Shown here piece by piece: positions 58,751-64,000 of a DNA stretch of 64,000 nucleotides. The notes under the pieces were generated by a model. The model did no database searches. It worked only from the letters and a program-made list of their open reading frames with translations, and had not been told where the DNA came from. The stretch is from Deltaproteobacteria bacterium (lineage in GTDB: Bacteria; Desulfobacterota; Binatia; HRBIN30; CADEER01), in contig JANRJF010000458.1 in NCBI GenBank assembly GCA_033764095.1, positions 4,814 to 68,813 on the forward strand, written 5' to 3'. Every line of letters begins with the position of its first letter. Positions within the stretch are counted from its first letter, which is position 1. Position numbers and translations under genes: made by a program.

Positions 58751-60078
58751 GCTGCGCTCCTCTCCAGCGTCGCCAGCGCCTGCGCCAGCGTCTCGACCTT
58801 CAACCAGGATTCGGCGTACTCGCGCTCGGCGTCGGAGTCGGCGACGATGCCGCCGCCGCTCCAGGCGCGCATGCCGCCGGCGGTGAGCGTCGCGCTGCGG
58901 ATGGCGATGTTGAACGTCGCGCCGCGCGTGCAGTCGATCCAGCCGACGGCGCCGGTGTAGATGCCGCGCGGCGCCGGCTCGAGCTCGTCGATGATCTGCA
59001 TGGCGCGCACCTTCGGGGCGCCGGTGATCGAGCCGCCGGGGAAGACGGCGCGCAACAGCGCAGCGAGCGTCACGCCGGGGCGCAGGCGACCGCGCACCTC
59101 GGAGACCAGGTGGGCGACGCCGGGAAAGCGGTGCACGCCGCCGAACGCCGGTACGTGCACCGAACCGGTGGCGCAGACGCGGCCCAGGTCGTTGCGCTCC
59201 AGGTCGACGATCATGACGTGCTCGGCCTGCTCCTTGGCGTCGTCGGGCAGCTCGCTGGCGCGCTCCGGCTGGCGCGTGCCCTTGATCGGGAAGGTGGCGA
59301 CCGCGTCGCCGTCGAGCTGCAGCAGGCACTCGGGTGAGTTCGACACCACCGTCCAGCCGTCGCCCTCGACCAGCGCCGCGTACGGCATCGGGTAGCGCTC
59401 GCACCAGGCGGCGACCAGGGCGGCGGCCGCCGCCGGCGTCAGCGGCGCGTCGAACGGCTGTGCCAGGTTGACCTGGTAGATGTCGCCGGCGGCGATGTAG
59501 CGCTGCGCGCGCTCCAGCATGGCGAGGTACCGCGGCTTGCCGATCGCCGGGGTCAACGCCAGCGAGGGCGCCGCCAGGCGCGGCGCCGGCGCCTCGCCGC
59601 TCAGGCTGGCGCGGCGCCGCTCCAGGTCGTTGCGTTCGGCCGCCTCCAGCCAGGCGCCGCCGCGGCGGTGATCGACGCGCACCGACCAGTCGTACAGCGC
59701 GGCGAACAGCAGCGGGGTGTCGGGCCATGCCAGGCGGCGTGGCAGGCGCTCGATGGCATGCTTGAGGTCGTACGACAGCACCGCGGCGATGCCGGCGCCG
59801 TCGGCGCCGCGGTAGCGGGCGCGCGCCGCGTCGACGAACTGCTGCAGGGCGTCGAACGGGTCGCTCCACTGCCAGCGCGGCACCCCGTCGCCCTGCCAAC
59901 GGCTCCAACCCGAGGCATGGACGGTCAGCGTCGCGACCGGATCGTCGGCGTAGCGTCCCGTTCCGTCGCCCCACGACGTCGGTCCGCCGCCGTCGAACCA
60001 TGCCCGGTGCGGGTGCCGGGCGCCGCGCCCGAGCAGCGCCGAGAGGCGCGCGGCGCGGACGATTTCTTGCGTCGGCAT
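58747..60078 (-). CDS. pabB: Aminodeoxychorismate synthase component I (PabB) / anthranilate-synthase-component-I family chorismate-binding enzyme
   Basis: Chorismate-binding domain motifs (PIKGT, MIVDLERND, FPGGSITGAPK, GIYTGAVGW). Internal start MPTQEIV at 60078. Confidence 0.8.
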   Translation of the reverse strand: MPTQEIVRAARLSALLGRGARHPHRAWFDGGGPTSWGDGTGRYADDPVATLTVHASGWSRWQGDGVPRWQWSDPFDALQQFVDAARARYRGADGAGIAAVLSYDLKHAIERLPRRLAWPDTPLLFAALYDWSVRVDHRRGGAWLEAAERNDLERRRASLSGEAPAPRLAAPSLALTPAIGKPRYLAMLERAQRYIAAGDIYQVNLAQPFDAPLTPAAAAALVAAWCERYPMPYAALVEGDGWTVVSNSPECLLQLDGDAVATFPIKGTRQPERASELPDDAKEQAEHVMIVDLERNDLGRVCATGSVHVPAFGGVHRFPGVAHLVSEVRGRLRPGVTLAALLRAVFPGGSITGAPKVRAMQIIDELEPAPRGIYTGAVGWIDCTRGATFNIAIRSATLTAGGMRAWSGGGIVADSDAEREYAESWLKVETLAQALATLERSAA

Positions 60079-60171
60079 CTGTTTCCTGCTTTGACCGGTG
60101 CCCTCCGCTCTATCGGGCGACCCGGACTGGCGCAACCGGCTGGTCGCGCAAAACGAGCGGCGACTGGGCCG

Positions 60172-61071
60172 ATGAACGCGTCGCTCTCCCTTCTCCAGTC
60201 GGTGCTGCCGGCGAGCGTCGGTCTGCGCGTCAAGATTCCCGACGCACACCCCTCGGCGCAGATCCTCGGTACCGACCGCATGGGCTCCGGCGTGCTGGTC
60301 GATCCGAGCGGCATCATCCTGACGGTCAACTACATCGGACTCGGTGCCGAGACGGTCGAGGTGACCCTGCTCGACGAGACGCGTCTGGCCGGCCAGGTGA
60401 TCGCGCAGGACTTCTACAGCGGGCTGTCGGCGGTGAAGGTTCCCGGCACCGGCTATCCCGCCGTGCGGCCCGGCAGCTCGGAGAGTCTGCAGGTCGGCCA
60501 AGAGGTCTTCCTGCTCGCCTCCGCCGGCGGCAGCCAGCGGCGCGTCAACAACGGTGGCATCTCCTCGCTCGGCCCGTTCGACGCGTTCTGGGAGTTCCGC
60601 CTCGAGCGCGCCATCGTCACCACGGCGATGAACCCCGGCCTCGGGGGTGGCGGCCTGTTCACCAACACCGGCGCGTTGGTCGGCGTCGTCTCGCTCGACC
60701 TCAACGAGGTCGGCCGCTTCACCCTGGCGATTCCGTCCGAGCACTGGTTCGCGCATCGCGACGAGCTGCTGCGCGAAGGGCGCCGCACCTCGCGTCCGGC
60801 GCGCGCCTGGGTGGGCTTCTACTGCTACACGCTGCGCGAGCACGTGGTGGTCGCCGGGGTGCTGCCCGGGACGCCGGGCGAGCGCGGCGGCCTGCGGCCC
60901 GGCGACGTCATCGTCTCGATCGACGACCAGGAGATCGCCAGCCGCGCCGATCTCTACGCCCGCCTGTGGACACACCGCCCCGGCGACAGCATCCGCTTCC
61001 ACGTCTTCCGTGACGACTCGGTGCGGCAGGTGACGGTCGAGAGCACCGACGCCGAAACATTCTTCGCGTGA
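60172..61071 (+). CDS. S1C (DegP/HtrA-like) trypsin-fold serine protease with a C-terminal PDZ domain, short form
   Basis: Trypsin-like core with GSGVL / GLGGGGLF motifs and a PDZ-like tail (GVLPGTPGERGGLRPGDVIVSID). Confidence 0.7.
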   Translation: MNASLSLLQSVLPASVGLRVKIPDAHPSAQILGTDRMGSGVLVDPSGIILTVNYIGLGAETVEVTLLDETRLAGQVIAQDFYSGLSAVKVPGTGYPAVRPGSSESLQVGQEVFLLASAGGSQRRVNNGGISSLGPFDAFWEFRLERAIVTTAMNPGLGGGGLFTNTGALVGVVSLDLNEVGRFTLAIPSEHWFAHRDELLREGRRTSRPARAWVGFYCYTLREHVVVAGVLPGTPGERGGLRPGDVIVSIDDQEIASRADLYARLWTHRPGDSIRFHVFRDDSVRQVTVESTDAETFFA

Positions 61072-61081
61072 GGAGGATTCA

Positions 61082-61152
61082 CCACAGAGACACAGAGCGC
61101 ACAGAGAGGAATTTTGAACTTCGTCTTTCTCCGTGCCTCTGTGTCTCTGTGG
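61082..61152. repeat. Perfect 16-bp inverted repeat CCACAGAGACACAGAG / CTCTGTGTCTCTGTGG around a 39-nt AT-rich loop that contains a third partial copy (CACAGAGAGG). It sits between the protease stop and the decarboxylase start.
   Basis: Read from the sequence. Local AT-rich island. Not followed by a T-run. Confidence 0.6.
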
Positions 61153-61165
61153 TGAGTCTTCTCCG

Positions 61166-62821
61166 ATGACACGGCGCATGGCGCTCGGCGACTTTCTGGT
61201 CGCCTACCTGCAGAAGATCGGCGTCACGCATCTGTTCGGCATCCCCGGCGACCTGGTGATGACGCTGTTCCTGCGCTTCGGGCGCAAGCGCGGGCTGCAG
61301 ATCGTCACCATGTCGCACGAGCCGGGCGTCGGCTTTGCCGCCGACGGCTACGCGCGCGCCACCGGACGCCTGGGCGTGGTGTGCGTCACCTACGGCGCCG
61401 GCGGCCACAACATGGTGAACCCGGTGGCCGGGTCGTTCTCGGAGCGCGTGCCGCTGCTGGTCATCAGCGGCGGGCCCGGGGAGGAGGAGCGCAAGCTCGG
61501 CGTGCTCATCCACCACCAGGCCAAGGCGATCGAGTCGCAGCAGCGCATCTACCAGGAGCTCACCTGCGCGGCGAAGGTGATCGAGTCGACCGCCACCGCC
61601 GCCGAGGACATCGATGCCGTGGTCCGCGCCATCTGGACCAACCGGCGGCCCGGCTACCTGGAGATCCACCGCGACATGGTCGAGCGCCGCATCGAGGTGC
61701 CCGAGCATCTGCTCGCGTGGAACGGTCGCCTGCCGGAGCGCCACTCCGACCCGCGCAAGGTGCGCGAGGCGGCGCGCGAGACGGCGGCATGGCTCAACCG
61801 CGCGCGCGCGCCGCTGATCATCGCCGGCATCGAGAGCCACCGCTACCAACTGCTCGAGCCGGTGCGCGAGCTGATCGAGCGCACCGGCGCGGCGTGCGCC
61901 ACCACCGCGCTGTCGAAAGGCGCGGTGCCGATGGATCACCCGCAGTACCTCGGCGTGTTCATCGGACCGATCAGCCCGGCGCCGATCCGCCGGCGCGTCG
62001 CGCGCGCCGACGTGGTGGTCAACCTCGGTACGCTGCTCACCGACATGGACTGGATGGCGCGGCGGCCGACCATGCGCCGCGAGCGCACCGTGTGGGCGGT
62101 GGAGGATCGCGTCGACGTCAGCTTCCATTCCTACAACCAGGTGACGCTGCGCGACTTCGTCCAGGCGCTGCTCGACCAGCCGCTGCGCCGCCATCGCGAG
62201 CGGGTGCACTACGCCGACAACCTGCCGGCGCCGCCGCGCGGGCTCGGCCGCGCCATCCGCGTCACCGATCTGCTGCTCGAGGTGAACCGCTTCCTGCGCG
62301 GCCGCCGCGATCTGGTCGTCGTCGCCGAGGCCGGCGACGCGCTGTTCGCCGGGCTCGACGTGCGCGTCGAGGGTGACGCCGCCTACCTGGCGCAGGCCTA
62401 CTACGCTTCGATGGGCTTCGGCGTGCCGGGCGCCATCGGCGCGCAGATCGGCACCGGCAAGCGCACCCTGGTGCTGTGCGGCGACGGCGCCTTCCAGATG
62501 ACCGGCACCGAGCTGGCGCAGGCGCCGCGCCATGGCGCCAACCCGATCGTGGTGCTGATCAACAACGGCGGCTGGGGCATCTTCCGCCCGGTCGCCGACG
62601 GGCAGGAGGACCTGCTCGACATCCCGCCCTGGCCCTACGCCGACCTCGGCCGCGCCTGGGGCGGCTTTGGCGTGCGCGTCGAGCACGTCGGCGCGCTGCG
62701 CCAGGCGCTCGCCGCGGCGGCCGCCCAGCCGCGCTTCGCGGTCATCGAGGTGATGATCGAGCCCGGGTCGCTTTCACCCGTCACCCGCAAGTACATTGCC
62801 GCCTCGGTGCGCGCACGATGA
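61166..62821 (+). CDS. Thiamine-pyrophosphate-dependent 2-keto-acid decarboxylase (indolepyruvate/phenylpyruvate decarboxylase family)
   Basis: TPP_N/M/C architecture. GDGAFQMTGTELAQ TPP-binding motif. ~550 aa. Confidence 0.8.
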   Translation: MTRRMALGDFLVAYLQKIGVTHLFGIPGDLVMTLFLRFGRKRGLQIVTMSHEPGVGFAADGYARATGRLGVVCVTYGAGGHNMVNPVAGSFSERVPLLVISGGPGEEERKLGVLIHHQAKAIESQQRIYQELTCAAKVIESTATAAEDIDAVVRAIWTNRRPGYLEIHRDMVERRIEVPEHLLAWNGRLPERHSDPRKVREAARETAAWLNRARAPLIIAGIESHRYQLLEPVRELIERTGAACATTALSKGAVPMDHPQYLGVFIGPISPAPIRRRVARADVVVNLGTLLTDMDWMARRPTMRRERTVWAVEDRVDVSFHSYNQVTLRDFVQALLDQPLRRHRERVHYADNLPAPPRGLGRAIRVTDLLLEVNRFLRGRRDLVVVAEAGDALFAGLDVRVEGDAAYLAQAYYASMGFGVPGAIGAQIGTGKRTLVLCGDGAFQMTGTELAQAPRHGANPIVVLINNGGWGIFRPVADGQEDLLDIPPWPYADLGRAWGGFGVRVEHVGALRQALAAAAAQPRFAVIEVMIEPGSLSPVTRKYIAASVRAR

Positions 62822-64000
62822 TCGTCCTGCTCTATGGCCGCACGGCCGACCCCTGGGTGACGCCGATCATCCAGGACCTGCAGGCGGCGGCCGCCGCGCA
62901 GCGGCGCGAGATCCACGCCCTGGCGATCGAGACCGCGCTGCGCTCGCCGCGCCAGTGGCAGAGCGTCGAACGCCTCTACGTGCTGCCCTTCGACCTGCCC
63001 GTGGCGCTGCCGGACGGCTTCTCCAGCGCCACCCCGCGCCTGTTGGCCGAGCTCTTTCCCACCGCCGAGGTGGTGAACCCGGCGGCGGCGCACGAGCTGG
63101 TCTGGGACAAGATCGCCACCGCGCATCGCCTGCTGGAGCGCGGTGTGCCGATGCCGGAGACGCTGATCACCGACGACCCGCACGAGGCGCAGGCCTTCGT
63201 CCGCCGCCATCAGCAGGCCATTCTCAAGGAGCCGCGCGCCTGCGGCGGCCATGGCCATGTCGTGCTGCTCGCCGGCGACGACGGCGCGCTGGCCGGCGAG
63301 GTGGCGAGCGGCCGGCGCTACGCCGTCGAGCTCGAGGCGGCCGGGCTCGGGCGCCGCCTGCAGCACGGCGTGCTGGCGCTGCCGCCGCCGTTCTATCTGC
63401 AGCGCTTGGTGACCGGCGTCGGCCGCGGCGGCGTGCTGAGCCAGGCGCAGGTGCTGCGCGCCTACATCATCGACGGGCAGATCGCGTTCTGGACCGAGCG
63501 TACGCGCGACAAGATCCGGCGGCCGGCGGACTTCATCGTCAGCGCCACCTTCGGCGCCCGTTACCGCTTTGTCCGCGCGGTGGGTGACGCCCTCGCCGCC
63601 GTGGCGCGGCGCGCCGCCGAGGCGCTCGGGCTGCGCGTCGGCGTCGTCGACCTGCTGCGCGCCGGCGACGACGGCCCGTTCGTGCTGGAGGCCGACAGCG
63701 ACGGCCAGCACATGCTGATCGATCGCAGCTTCAAACACATTCCCGAGTACCGCGACGTCTTCGATATCGACCGCATGATCGCCGACGTCCTGATGACTCC
63801 CGCCGCGCCGGCGGCACGTCCGCTGCCGCGGCGGCCGCCGCTGGCGCGCCGCGATGCGCCGCGTGAACGGCGCGATGATCCGCGCGTCGAACGCCGCCCG
63901 CGCGCATCAGGTCCGCGGCCAGCGAAGCCGTATGCGGCGCGCCCGCGCCCGGATGGACCGCGCGCTGCCGGCCCGCGATCGGGTGGCCCGCGCCCCGGTG
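62818..64000 (+). CDS. ATP-grasp domain protein (RimK/glutathione-synthetase-like), 5' partial: it runs off the window end and is not in the ORF track
   Basis: Hand translation from ATG 62818 (ATGA overlap with the decarboxylase stop) gives MIVLLYGRTADPW... ILKEPRACGGHGHVVLL, an ATP-grasp-like core, then a Pro/Arg-rich tail. Confidence 0.5.
   Translation, partial: MIVLLYGRTADPWVTPIIQDLQAAAAAQRREIHALAIETALRSPRQWQSVERLYVLPFDLPVALPDGFSSATPRLLAELFPTAEVVNPAAAHELVWDKIATAHRLLERGVPMPETLITDDPHEAQAFVRRHQQAILKEPRACGGHGHVVLLAGDDGALAGEVASGRRYAVELEAAGLGRRLQHGVLALPPPFYLQRLVTGVGRGGVLSQAQVLRAYIIDGQIAFWTERTRDKIRRPADFIVSATFGARYRFVRAVGDALAAVARRAAEALGLRVGVVDLLRAGDDGPFVLEADSDGQHMLIDRSFKHIPEYRDVFDIDRMIADVLMTPAAPAARPLPRRPPLARRDAPRERRDDPRVERRPRASGPRPAKPYAARPRPDGPRAAGPRSGGPRPG

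Noticed and set aside
61133-61165. GTG start at 61133 for the TPP decarboxylase as listed in the track
   Set aside because: It lies inside the perfect inverted repeat stem, and the added MPLCLCGESSP residues are just the hairpin translated. The ATG at 61166 was used instead.

Overview
This is a high-GC (~70%) bacterial chromosomal window. The PT-linker secreted proteins, Myxococcus-type Cys-rich repeats, ELWxxDGT repeat and qNOR/cbb3 content suggest a myxobacterium-like deltaproteobacterium, though taxonomy is not certain from sequence alone. Most long ORFs in the six-frame track are GC-driven shadow ORFs. I kept only ORFs with recognisable protein motifs, RBS-like context, sensible start codons, or operon-like coupling. 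The track uses GTG and TTG as alternative start codons and displays them as M. Main content: (i) 7.9-16.6 kb, a complete cbb3 oxidase locus ccoNOQP-ccoGHIS plus a TauE-like gene, with many 4-nt overlaps. (ii) 16.7-19.0 kb, a nine-heme c-type cytochrome with an Ig-like domain and a PT-repeat tail. (iii) 20.3-25.6 kb, a nitric-oxide module: ric(ytfE-like)-norZ(qNOR) on the minus strand, with a sigma-54-like promoter and three overlapping GTTGT/ACAAC palindromes upstream, divergent from norR-mug. (iv) Assorted catabolic and oxidoreductase genes (D-aminoacylase, TesB, molybdopterin oxidoreductase with divergent HxlR, HCCA isomerase, SDRs, PhyH, LLM monooxygenase, VOC proteins). (v) 35.8-38.1 kb, an unusual 716-aa metallophosphoesterase with a ~430-aa uncharacterised C-terminal extension and a translationally coupled 51-aa micro-ORF. 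(vi) 41.5-45.6 kb, a cytoplasmic caspase-like (clan CD) cysteine peptidase candidate next to a GT39/ArnT-like membrane glycosyltransferase and a small ORF. (vii) flotillin, a DUF2339 membrane protein and a DUF3999 protein. (viii) 56-64 kb, a possible small-molecule locus (acyl-CoA ligase, pabB-pabC, S1C/PDZ protease, TPP-dependent 2-keto-acid decarboxylase, ATP-grasp partial). Several conspicuous non-coding hairpins and repeats are reported. No rRNA, tRNA, CRISPR array or recognisable transposase was found.
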